A stretch of 55,278 bases of DNA, the filler included, from Sphacelaria rigidula (Eukaryota), in the NCBI GenBank assembly GCA_964200075.2. It is 6 parts of 6 records of this genome, joined end to end, with 100 filler letters (N's around TTAATTAATTAA, not from the genome) between each part and the next. Parts side by side here need not be neighbours in the genome. Positions count along the whole stretch, not along the records: positions 18,461 to 27,590 come from CAXNAA020009229.1; positions 27,691 to 36,820 come from CAXNAA020009230.1; 4 more parts are not named here. One strand, given 5' to 3'. The notes under the pieces were generated by a model, which was not told where the DNA came from, searched no databases, and saw nothing but the letters and a program-made list of their open reading frames with translations. Made by a program: the position numbers and the translations under genes. Each line of letters begins with the position of its first letter. Position 1 is the stretch's first letter. Of this stretch, positions 19,296-30,437 are shown in pieces.

Positions 19296-20856
19296 TAGTT
19301 TTTGAACGCTCATAAACAAAAATATCGTTGAAAATAAACTTACACCTGCTACTATGCAGCGAACGAGGAAACCTCGACCAAGAATATCAGAAAAGTGACA
19401 ATATTTTGGATGTAAATCCAGGAATAAAATTGTACTTTCAAGACGCAGATTAGCTTCATCATCAATCAAATCTTGATCTCTAAAACCTCGAAGTCTTTGT
19501 CGAACATACAATAATATTTTGTTCTCTGTATAACTATAGAATTGCGTGCCGAGTGGGAGCTTTGGGTTTGATCTGCAGTAGTTCGAATGGTCGCCTGCGG
19601 CACTGGATCTCACGGGCTTACAATGATTTCATTATGTGGCGTTGTGTCTGCGTGAAGTTTTGGGGTCCTATTTGATCTTCATTTTATTCCCTCATCTTGA
19701 CTATTTTGGATAGTTGGCCTGTGACCACCAGAGGAGTCCGCATCACATGACCAGTACGGAAGTAAAGAGTACAGGAAAAACAAAAACAGTAATAAAATAA
19801 GACATGATATAACAGAACAAATAATTCCTGAGTATTATCCCAACCTCAACATAGTATATCTCCTGGAAAAGATATTCCAAAAATGCTTCCAACAATTCTC
19901 GTCAGAAATATGTTTTTTTTAACTGTTTTAGATGGCGATGATACATCATAAACCAACCCATACCCCAGCATACTCCGTTTCAAACGTCAACGTTTAAAGG
20001 GAACAAAAATTGAAACTTTGCTACCAAGAATTTGAAGCTAAGGTGAAAAAAGGACAGCATTACTCCCGAAGCGTAAATCAATACAGACTTGGTCAGAGTT
20101 GACACCCGAGATTTATCCATCAGCTAAGGCTTTCGGAGTGTCCTTCCAATAGTTGCACACACGGTATCATAGTGTAACCAAGATGAACAACTGAAGAGGG
20201 TGACGTAGCCGGATTTTTGTCTAAGGTCAAAAGGGTGGCGCCAAGAGACGAAAAGGTATCTGGACCAATCAGCGGCCTTCACCCTTTTTCAAGCGTTCTG
20301 TCGAACGACCGCATTGCAAAGGGCTTCCTCGATTGAGTCACAAAACTGGACGCAGCCCGGTCGCAAATACTCCACGAACCAAATCGCCGCCAACATATCA
20401 CAACGAGAGTAACATACTGCTACTGAATTTTGCTTCCGTCAAACAGCGACTATCGGAAGAGAAAATGAGGGAGGATAGAAAAAACAAAAATAGTTACACG
20501 GGAACCACGATTTTTTCGTTTCTTCACCAGACTGCCCCCTACACCACTCACAGGGTACATGTCGGAATATCAAAAACAATGTCGCTCTCGAGATATGAAC
20601 AAAGCGGAAGGCCGACACAGACCTCGTTGTACGTGTGGAAGTTGCTTATTTCGGAGCAATTGTCATGCCCGTGCCCATCCTGCCTCGATCTCTGAGGCCG
20701 AGTTCGAGAGAGTTTACCATGTCCACACCTCTGGTCCCTTCAGTACACACATGAGTGAACGGTTGCAATCATCATCTTCACATTTGCAAGCATTGCCGGT
20801 ATATCTCCTTTAGTACTGAGGAGAGACGATAAGAGAAACTTAATTCAGACACTCAC

Positions 20857-20925
20857 CCGTCAACTGGCAGAAAGACAGCTTCAGTTCCTCGAGAGCATCC
20901 AGCTCCCAAAGCGCCACTAGTGAAC
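20857..20925 (-). CDS. Single leucine-rich-repeat exon (phase 1-1)
   Basis: cag|GT...G|gtgagt, 69 nt; (G)SLVALWELDALEELKLSFCQLT(G), matching LxxLxxLxLxx(N/C)xLxG. Confidence 0.85.
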
Positions 20926-22224
20926 CTGCTCATCACGAAGGCGAGTCACGCATGTAGCTGCGTCCAGATATCCAGGTAAAGCACACTCGTAGCAACGCTC
21001 CGAGGTCATCTATGGCGAATGTAAATCCAGCCAGAGGGTATTCAACCTCACGCACGGGAGGACTCCTCAGCACCCAGGGACTAGCGGGATCAAGCACGTT
21101 TTCACAGTATGTGCGCTATACAGTACTATACATCTGTGCCGAACGATGTGGCGCGTGAGCACCCAAGAGTGTTTGCATTTAGGAGAAGTAGCGAGTAGTC
21201 GTGCTCAAGCATTGAAGCTAACATGAACACAAGTGTGAGAGTGGACGAGTAGAACCAAATGGTTGAGCCCCGGACGACGCTCCCGAAAGCCGATCCGATG
21301 TTCCGCCTCCCACGGTGGGGAGGCCAACCTTGTGTTCATCCAAGTCCATATGAGTCTAACACTTTCATGGTGGCCTGCACGTGCTGTGGCGATTCAGACT
21401 TCAAAACATGTAGAATATTTTCCTGTTTCGCCGGCGCGGATTGATCTAGAATTGATGCACTGAAGGTTTTCTTAGTACGTTGGGTGCCGATCCCCCTCCG
21501 ACATCGACCACTGCGAATTATGTGCAAAACCAACAGGCGTCAGGTGGACAACAGCCATCAGCCAGGGATTGGCAACCACACGATCCACGGTACATAGTCA
21601 TGATGGATGCTACTCTCAAACAGATGGGAGCTGTTCAGCTATTGTAGTGTAGTCGGGGTCACCGACGTCGAAGGTTAGCCAGCAAATTTGTTCAGAAAAC
21701 AGTTATCTCACCCAAGCGATTGAGAAATCGCGGAGCATACGATTAGAGAGTGGTTGGACAACAACTCTTCTGCCTCAAACCGTGACAGTTGTTTTTCGCC
21801 TTTTAAAAAACTAAGCTAGCGTCCGTGCGATCGCAGAGACATAGCCAAGACAAAAGAATACAAGGAGACATAAATGAAACTCGCAAGAAGAGGATAACAT
21901 GGCACCAAACCCCCGAACGGCGGGGTTCTACAAAAATGCCAGCAAAAAGAAAACGAACACAACAGCATAAGTACGGTTCCAAGGGACAAACCGAAATAAG
22001 AAAAATCATCGGCTACGAGGTACCCGGGCCGTGAGAGGCCAGAAGTCAAAATACGGAAACTACACAGGTCGGCATACCAAACAGGGCAAGCCAAGCCAAA
22101 GCAAGACAACCCGACGGAACCAAAGCATGCTAGGACTGGGTAACGAGACGAAAAAAGTACAATATTCGTGTAACTTTGTTGACTTAACTTCAAAGTGTCA
22201 CTGAACGCCTTTTGGTTCAACCTT

Positions 22225-22586
22225 GCCGGTCGCCCCGGTGGCTCAGTTGGTAATCTCGTAACCCTCTGATGGTTGAGTTGTGGGGTTTGATTCCCGGAGC
22301 GATCTGGTATATTTTTCTTACAACATGCCCAACAGTGGAGAGCGACTATGTCATGGGTACACAAAATTCGACTTAACGGTCGACGAGGGAAAGGGACTGC
22401 TGAACCCCTCTCACAATAGAAAATCAAGGCAAGCACCGCAGAAGGAAAGTGCGGTACTATAAACAAATTTTAAAAAAAGCTCCTGTGTTGACCTTCCTCC
22501 TGTGTGACCCCGGCTGATGCGCCCACATATTCTGAAAGGGGTAGACTGGCGCCCAAAATAAATGGGACGACAACACACACACACAC
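22225..22586 (+). mobile_element. SINE family 1, full length, tRNA(Gln-CTG)-like head
   Basis: A box TGGCTCAGTTGG, anticodon-like arm AACC-CTCTGAT-GGTT, B box GGTTTGATTCC; tail AATAAATGGGAC...(AC)n. Confidence 0.88.
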
Positions 22587-23162
22587 GACGAAGCGAATTT
22601 TGAGCATCATACTGTGTGTAAAGTCTGTCGGTTGCTGGAGCTCTGTACGTGGGTGACGTGGTTTAAAATGGTCCGCTCCGAGGCGTAAACGCTGTACCAC
22701 ATCATTCATTCAATTCCTTCAGAAATTCCAACGAGAGAGTCGCAGCAGCACTGTAATATCTAGATATCATCATACGTGTTCAAAACGGCTAGGGCAGGTC
22801 GCTCGCGTCTACGTAAGCCAAGTGAACGTCTGTCACCATCTATTAGACCTTGCCAACAATTACATTAATTATCTTTCAGAGGGCAAAGACAGAGTATCAA
22901 CAAAACCGGTCGCACCCGATCTCACGTCCTTGTGTATGCTCGGTCTACAATGACCTCAAACAGACTACCCACGACATGGCCCTTATATGCGTGATGAAAA
23001 GGTTGGTTGCGGCTTTCCAAAGGGAAATGAAGAAGTATTCGTCGTGGTCCATATTCCTGCCACTACCGTCACCAAGATAGGTCATGCCAGGGGCCGACCG
23101 AACACATCGCGGCCGGCATGACTGCACAACGCCGTTTTCATTCTATAACAGTAGTCGCTCAC

Positions 23163-23360
23163 CTGTCAACTTGTTAGGATGTCCAGGTTTACCGGACAGA
23201 TCGAGCTTGATGACACGCCCCTTCGCATTGACGGTAACGCCAGACCAATACGACAAGTCTTCAGCGGTTTTCCAGTTTTCCCGCTTCCTTTTCAACCACT
23301 CGGGGCCTCCGTTGGTGTCGTAAAATCCGCAAAGCACCGACCGATCATTCGCCGCAGACC
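23163..23360 (-). CDS. LRR N-terminal cap exon of a brown-algal LRR (ROCO-like) protein
   Basis: cag|GG...G|gtgagc, 198 nt, phase 1-1: SAANDRSVLCGFYDTNGGPEWLKRKRENWKTAEDLSYWSGVTVNAKGRVIKLDLSGKPGHPNKLTG, matching the DR..L..fy..T.G..W....NW.T..dLs.W.GV.vn..GRV..L.L..N.L.G cap. Confidence 0.9.
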
Positions 23361-23578
23361 CTGCGCAGCGAGACGGGAGGCAATCACACCATGATTTAAC
23401 AGAAGCTTAGTTGGCAGTGAGCAAGTGACTTGAACTTGTGAGGAGAACCAACATTCAAACAACAGGGACAACCTTATTATGCACAATAGCGCAGATGGCA
23501 CCAGAACCATGTGACTAAAGTGAAGAAAAGGACCATACGAATGACGCCCCAGTCACTTGCAGACAGTCAGCGTACGTA

Positions 23579-23876
23579 CAACAATACTTCGTGAGATCGA
23601 GAAGTCTAGCGTTGATTGAGAGTGAGTTTCACTATTCGAACTTGACCACTTTTTCATTCTGTGTGTGCTTTCCTTTTGCCTGTAACACTGTCGTATGCCT
23701 ACAGCAATTCGTCGATATCGTACCCAGGGATGTGGAAGGCTGCAGTGGAAAGCTATTACAGAAAGCGTATGGAGCCTCGGAGGGGCGTTTTGAAACTGAA
23801 ACTATTTCATACACTAATTGACTGCTTCTCACTCCAAGTCGTACACTAGACTCCCAACCTCACCAAAACATCGTCG
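23579..23876. mobile_element. Tc1/mariner-type MITE (TA TSD)
   Basis: TA|CAACAATACTTCGTGAGAT...ACCTCACCAAAACATCGTCG|TA; homologous to 37095-37396, with a right end at about 46175-46221. Confidence 0.75.
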
Positions 23877-24344
23877 TACCTCATGAGTGGAGACGCGTGC
23901 TATTATCAAGATTCACAGCATATGCAGCGACGTAAATATTGGTGTAACAAAAACACCAACACGAAGAAAAGCAGTCCCATGCTTTCCTTCTCTCCCCATG
24001 TACGTGCACAGTCGGTGTCACACTCTTCTCCTCAGAACTGAAACAACGCATACCGCCCAACAGGGTAAGATGCAGTACGGTGTACACACTGCACTTTGGG
24101 GAAAACTGCCGCTCAGCCCTCAGACTCTGGCAGTATGTGGTAGCAAACAGGTATCAACGAGGGTAGCCGGTACACATTGGTCTCTGCCAGCCCAATACAC
24201 CGGGCATCCACAAGACACGCAATTGTTGGAACAAGTCGTTCCAAGGTGTCGAACTCCGCCTAGCTCTCTTTTGGGGCCAAAAACGACGATCTTCAAGAAA
24301 GACCAGAAACGTATTTTTACAGGAGCTTGTCTTGCTTGCCCTAA

Positions 24345-24751
24345 GGCCGCTCCTCATTACAAAAACGAAGGTTCTGGAACAGTGCCTTTCTGGAGCTTCT
24401 ACGTTGTTTCCCGCCCTTAAAGAGAGCTAGGCGGAGTTTGACACCTTGGAATGACTCGCTCTACTCGTTGAGGCGGTTCCAGGACATGTTCGCATTTTCC
24501 GGTGGCAGCAGTTTTCATCCTGGCCAAACAAGCATTTTTGACCGTTCTTGCACAAAAATGCTGGTGTGGCCGAAAAACAAACTGCGGCCACCAGAAAAGG
24601 CGAAGATGTCCTGGAACTGCCTCAACGAGTGGAGCAAGTCATTCCAAGGTGTTAAACTTCGTTTAGCTCTCTTTTAGGGCGTAAAACGACGTGGAAGATC
24701 CAACACGTAATTTCTCCAGATTTTTATTTTCGTCTTTAACAGGGAGCGGCC
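24345..24751. mobile_element. PIF/Harbinger-type foldback MITE, nested in the right arm of an older copy (about 24225-24763)
   Basis: TAA|GGCCGCTCC...GGAGCGGCC|CAA with long inverted arms; homologous to 35288-35766. Confidence 0.8.
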
Positions 24752-25333
24752 CAAAGAGCGGCCTGAACCCCAGGAGTGGTATATTTCATCTGAGTCCGTC
24801 TAGGGGGGGTTCACCGTCTTAGAGTTGAGAGCTTAAACTTCAAAACTTAACCTGGCGATTGCGAAGCTCAACTTTCCCCAACTCGACAAAAACTACATTC
24901 ACCCCTAGCTAATTCAATGGCGTACATGAGTCATCCTTCAGTACGATAGGGAGGGAGGAGGGGGGTATTTAGGTTCCTTTCTTCTACGAAGCAGCAATTA
25001 TCCAAACGATGTTGTTACCGAAAAATAACAGCCATCGGTACTTCATACCGCTTGACATCATTTTCACCCAAATACAAACACACCGTGAGCGTTTTAGGTC
25101 GACTGACACACCCGTGAGCCCTTTCTCGTGGAACCAACGCCCCCCCCTCCCCCCGTATCGTAGGATTACTCATTTGCCATTCCCGGGTTGACGCTTTTTG
25201 TAAAACGTCTCAATACCCCGAGTGGGCAATGTCGGGTGTGAGTTGGTCATTTCCCAATGAAGTCGCACAAGGCACCTCGGATTCGGCGTCTCTACCAAGA
25301 CTATTTTTTATGGCAACTGATCCGTATTTGTGC

Positions 25334-25800
25334 AAACATGAGGATTTCAGCCCGTCGACGGGCGATTTTCTCCCGTGGATTGATTTTTCGAATCCCAGTC
25401 CGTTTGGCAATGTTTTTCGCCTAGCCGTGAGGAAGCTAGATTAATTCTCCGATTCGCTCGACCCTGACTTTCAGTTGTCACATTTCTGCTGAGATGCGGG
25501 GAATTCGGGAACTCCTCACAGCTAGCTAAAAAACCTTACCCAACAGACTGGGACCCGAAAAACCAATCCACGGGAAAAATCGCCTGTAGTGTTGTCATCC
25601 CATCTGTTTTACACCAGTCTTCACCTTTCGGTATATGCGGGCGCACCAGCCGCGGTCACACAGGAGGAAGGCCAACAATAAAGTTTTTCATTATTTCGTC
25701 TGTTTCAGTTCTCGACCTTCCTCCTGCGGTGCTCGCCTTTATTTTTTTATCGCGAGAGGAGTTCAGCAGCCTGTAGACGGGCTGACACCCTCGTGGAAAC
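25334..25800. mobile_element. Inverted-repeat element with a SINE inserted in its right arm
   Basis: The arm at 25334-25435 is the reverse complement of 25512-25589 plus 25777-25795. Confidence 0.7.
25590..25768 (-). mobile_element. SINE family 1, 5'-truncated, with 8-bp TSD
   Basis: Flanked by GCCTGTAG at 25582-25589 and 25769-25776. Confidence 0.85.
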
Positions 25801-26029
25801 TTATTTTTCTCGATTCGAGTCGGATTGCGGCCACAAGACTTGGCCGTCATTTATTTCGCCCTCCGCGGGAAAGGCGAGCGAATTCTCGTAGATATCAATT
25901 TAACTGTAACAATTTAGGGTTGTGACCTGTCATAACCAGTCGATACGAGGCTGCCAACCCTGTAGTCCTCACCCTAACCCAAACCATTCACGGTACCTGA
26001 ACTTGGTATAATCCTAGTTGACTTTGCTT

Positions 26030-26960
26030 GAATGGTAGATGCTGGATTTTTGTGCGATGGACAAATGCTAGATCGGTGAACGTGTGTGAAGCCAAGCGGC
26101 CGCCGCGGGCAGGTCCGAGGATATTTTATGTATCGTTTGTGGAAATGACCGTTCATACCAAGGTATTTTGAATGCGCCACATATTGTGTAGCGCGTGTCT
26201 CTAACGTTTTGTTGGGTACGCTTTGCGAGCAACTGCAAACTGGTGCCTGTACTGTGTACTCGGAATACCAAGGGGTCTTACAGACTGGAATACGTTATAC
26301 ACCGTCGAGAATGAGGAAAATCGAAAAATGGTGTCCAAAACCTCCTTCTTCCTCTTCGCCAGAATACGGAATTTAACGATACCTTTACCACCACGATGCT
26401 GGCCTGTACCCGAGCAGCCAAAAACCGAGGAGTTTGGGCACATAAGTTGTTCTAGCGGTCACAGGGAAGAGAACTTGGCCGTTGGATGATGACTTTACAG
26501 TCAAGGTGACCACTGGAAAATGACTTTGGGGTAGGTGTTGCAGTAGTGAGGCCGCAATGCTGGAGAGGGCCGCGAGCTCAAGACGTCGACTCGATGGCGT
26601 TCTGTTTGTGCATCAAGGAAAGTGTACCACGAGTTGTACGTGTTGCTGAGTAACACCAGAGGTATACACTACTATTGTGACTTGACGGTATAATTCCAAC
26701 GAGCGTAAAAATGTTCCGACAGTACTCCTATGGAATCAACCAAGTGTAGATGATTCAATGATGATCACCGGGTGCCCTCGTAGGCACTGCCCGCGTCCGG
26801 ACAGCTGTGTCGAGGGGTAATCTCTAAAGGCCGGCATACTGCACAGCAACACATGTAAAAGCGACAAATGAAAATTTCGTGAAGATGGTGTCGCCAAAGA
26901 AAGTTTTCAACAAGTCACAGTTCTGTATTCTTTACTGGCTCGACGTATCCCCACCACCTG
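26030..26960 (+). pseudogene. Highly decayed piggyBac-like transposase
   Basis: Colinear motif remnants across frames: GYFMYRLWK*PF..ECATYC..SNVLLGTLCE, NRGVWA...GKRTWP (cf. KKRRYWP), LDGVLF/FCLCIKE, QYSYGINQV/VDD. Recognised by eye only. Confidence 0.3.
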
Positions 26961-27524
26961 GCGTGCAACTGTAGCACACACAAATTGCACACAAGTCTGG
27001 CACAAGTCGGGAAATGCTGTTCATGCACGTACTGCACAATACGGGATTGAGTTTTGTCATTATCCATCTGATCACGGGGTACCCATTCCTCCAAAAGGGG
27101 GTACCCCCCCTCAATGGTCAAACAAATGAGTACGCCCCCTCCCCCTTTGCCGAGAAGGAGGTTTTCGGGAGTCGGGGGCGGTGTATAATGTATTTCAGTC
27201 TGTATGGCCCCTTCCAAATGCCCATTTATAAGACGATGGTTTGTATGCACATTTCAGCGCTTGGCGTGTCATGCAGCGACAACGGCGGTGAATCAGACAG
27301 AGATGCATTTTGTATACGCCCGCTCTGCAGCAAGGGGTGCACTCATGACCATGCATGCCATAGCCCATTGACCTCGCATCCCTACGAAGCCGGGACGGAG
27401 CACGCCGGGTTTTCACCGGACCTGGCTCGCACTCAAACACCAAGCGCAAAGCGCCGTGGTTGTGTTTGGCGAGTCGCATGAAGGGTGAGCTGTATCCTGC
27501 GAAAATTATTCGGTCTGAAGCCCA

Positions 27525-27590
27525 CCTACTGTCTAATGCATCAAACGATTTCATGCCGCCTTCATTCACGTCCCGCATTTCCCCCTCTAG
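27525..27590 (-). mobile_element. LINE ORF2 fragment at the contig end
   Basis: LEGEMRDVNEGGMKSFDALDSR matches the 1-560 translation LEGEMPDVNEDGMKSLAALNNR. Confidence 0.8.
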
Positions 27591-27690
27591 NNNNNNNNNN
27601 NNNNNNNNNNNNNNNNNNNNNNNNNNNNNNNNNNTTAATTAATTAANNNNNNNNNNNNNNNNNNNNNNNNNNNNNNNNNNNNNNNNNNNN
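27591..27690. other. Artificial contig linker
   Basis: 44N-TTAATTAATTAA-44N. Confidence 0.98.
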
Positions 27691-28084
27691 CATGAATACC
27701 CCCCCCCCCCCCCAAAAAAAAAAGAAACTCCAGGATTAAAAAAAGGAGCATAGGGTCTAGGATTTGTTTTTTGGTGCTCTCCGTACAGTCCCAAAATAAT
27801 CGATAAAGTTGTTTTCGTTCAATAATATGGAAGCTTTTCAATGTTTTTTTGCAAGGCGCGTTTGGAATGGTCATGCTTCACGGTGTAGAATGTGCTCAAC
27901 CCTTAGACAGCGACCCCCCCCCCGCGGGTGGACTGAGTTGGACTATGCCATATTTGGGGTTCAGGACAGTTTATTTTCGCTGCACCAAACGCTTTTTCAT
28001 GAACATGTGGATATATGGTGTTCCCTTTCTCCAAAAAATAATCATTCAACCCCAACCACTCCCAACCAATTCCCAACAAACATT

Positions 28085-28737
28085 AATCGATATATTAGTT
28101 AGTTTTGTATTATATCTGGTATCTATGTAGAAAATAGCACCGGAGAACCCCCGAGTAGTTTTGACCTTGCAGTCGATTGTGTGCAGAGTCAGTATGTATG
28201 TGTGCTATATGTCTTCGCTCGATACAATGGCAAGAGATAGTATAAGTGCGCCATCGCTCTCGACTGGATACAATTTATCGCATGCTGCTGATGCCTCTGC
28301 TAAGTGTTCAACAACAACGCTACCACTACGGATAGAATGAGGCTATGCTGGCAACACATGAAGCGTCAGACCGGCGGCATAGACCTCGAGCAGAGTACAA
28401 AACAAGTTCATTGTACCCATTCAATCTATGGTTGAATTTCCATGACCAAAATGGAATATGTCTCAGTAGACAGCAAAGTAGTCCACCTATGGAGGAATAA
28501 CGTGCCCATTTTGACGACCGTGATTGGTCAGAATGGACATTCCGCGCCTCTCGGGCCTCGTTCCTGCCTTCAATTCTTCCGCGGAAATTTTCCACAGACA
28601 CATGATCGACTTGGTAAGCATTACGGCTGCTCTGCGAACAGAACCCCCCCCCCCCCGGCCGCTGGGAACCTCTGAATGTCTCCGGATTTTCAGCCGGTGA
28701 AACTGTTCCGAGGCGACGCCCTCTGTCTAGGCGTTAA
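28085..28737 (+). mobile_element. Non-autonomous element arm (family B), probably piggyBac-type
   Basis: About 650 bp of reverse-complement homology to 52891-53550, whose terminus reads ATAA|CCCTTAGG; this copy ends at TTAA. Confidence 0.75.
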
Positions 28738-28744
28738 CGGTTAA

Positions 28745-28844
28745 CCCTTCGACCGCGAGGGTAGGTCACCTGCTGAATCGGCATCAATTTTACTTGAAGA
28801 AATATGTGTGATCCAGATGGACTATCCGCATCGCGGTCTAAGGG
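28745..28844. mobile_element. piggyBac-type MITE (100 bp)
   Basis: TTAA|CCCTTCGACCGCGA...TCGCGGTCTAAGGG|TTAC. Confidence 0.8.
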
Positions 28845-29979
28845 TTACGGTTGGAGGAGAGACAGCCCCTTGGAAGGAAGGTGTTCACATCAAAAAGGAA
28901 AGGTGGTGCTACAGACTGTCGGGGGTTGAGGTGCCCGCCCGGATGGCAAAGGACGATTGTCGTTGTGAAGGTCGGAAGCGCTTGATATTCAAAATATACC
29001 ATTCGACTCGAATCCACGACAACAATCACCCTGTGCGCTTCGAGCCGGCGGTACTGCACTAACTGTACGACGCGAACCACACCTTCAACGGGCTAGAATA
29101 CCCACTATCTTGAAAATTGAGTATTGCACCGCCACATTTTGAGAGCAAGTGAAACGGTTGAAAAACTGCGCAAAGGTCGATCAGATAAATTTCTGCGAAA
29201 ACTCAAGATATATTTAATATACGTTGGAGCCCTGTCGGCAAAGAAGAAAGGGTTAATTCTGATGGAAGGGCAAAATAGCAACCGCCCCATAGTGGTCAGT
29301 CCCGGCTTTGTAGGGATGCGAGGTCAAAGATCTCATGACTATGGCATGCATGATCATGAGTACGCCCTTAGTGGTCAGTCTGTCGTGACCTCCTCCACTC
29401 AAGATATCGCACTGTCTGTAAGGAAACGTTGCCCCCTTCCCGAGTAGCTTCGCAGTGATCCTTGGCAGAAAGCACAGTTATGGGTGCGAATGGTGAGTGG
29501 GGGGCCTAACGACCAAGAAAACGTTCTCCGAAAATAAAGGAATAAAACACGGAGGAATAATGAACACGCCATCAGGTGGTCGCACCTCTGCCGAGCAGAA
29601 CACGAACAGAACACACGCTTCATTCCTGATTGACTTGGTTTAGTATGCGACACCTATACGTAACACTTTCCATCGTAAGTTTCCCGACAAAGAAAGCAAG
29701 CCGGCCCGCAGCGCTTCACAGTCACCCGTATACACATAACAGCTAGGCTAAGCTGTTACCTCTTGCTCAATTCGCCACAGCGGACCCGAATAGCCCCCAA
29801 AAAATGAAAAACGCCTTCTTTTTGGGACATTTTGGTTTGGTGTGGCTTAGTTTCACGCGCGAATGTAATCGCGTAACGGCGCGACCTAGATTGCGTGTGT
29901 GGGAAGCGCACGCAACAAACCGCAGTCCAATCCTCCGCTTCGTTGTCGAGATAACCGCGTTGAAAGATTTGCAAACTCA

Positions 29980-30437
29980 GGCCGGATGTTGTGGCGAACA
30001 GATTTTTGGCCCACGGATTGCTCACTTTTGAGACGTTTGACCCACTTTTTGACCCTCAAACAGGGAAAATCGCCAACACAAGTCTCAAACACTTTGCATC
30101 ACCCCACCCTAGCCTACTCTATAGATTCGCTTGACTCCGAGGTTTCGAGATTGGCCGCTGAACAGTAATTCGTGTGCAAAAATCTGTGCTTGCCGACCTC
30201 CGCCAGTTTGCCCAATAATCTGTGAAGATCGCCTTAGATTTTGTTGCACACAGATTATTGTTCAGCGGCCGCTCTCGAAACCTTCGAGCCCAGCGAACCT
30301 GAAAGATGGACTGGGCTCCTCTCTATGGGGTGATGCAAAGTGTTCGAGACTTGTGTTGGCGATTTTCCCTGTTTGAGGGTCAAAAAGTGGGTCAAACGTC
30401 TCAAAAGTGAACAATCCGTGGGACATAACATCTGGCC
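29980..30437. mobile_element. Harbinger-like foldback MITE inserted in a family A repeat
   Basis: GGCCGGATGTT...AACATCTGGCC with arms of about 200 bp; the flanks rejoin to the reverse complement of 3670-3990. Confidence 0.85.

Noticed and set aside
22225-22300. Functional tRNA-Gln gene
   Set aside because: There is no acceptor stem, and it is fused to a repeated SINE body, so it is a SINE head.
21816-22466. 216-aa minus-strand ORF
   Set aside because: Antisense read-through of a SINE and A-rich low-complexity sequence.
23292-23510. Signal-peptide-like ORF MVLVPSALLCIIRLSLLF as first exon of the LRR gene
   Set aside because: It is out of frame with the cap exon, and no convincing phase-1 donor was found.
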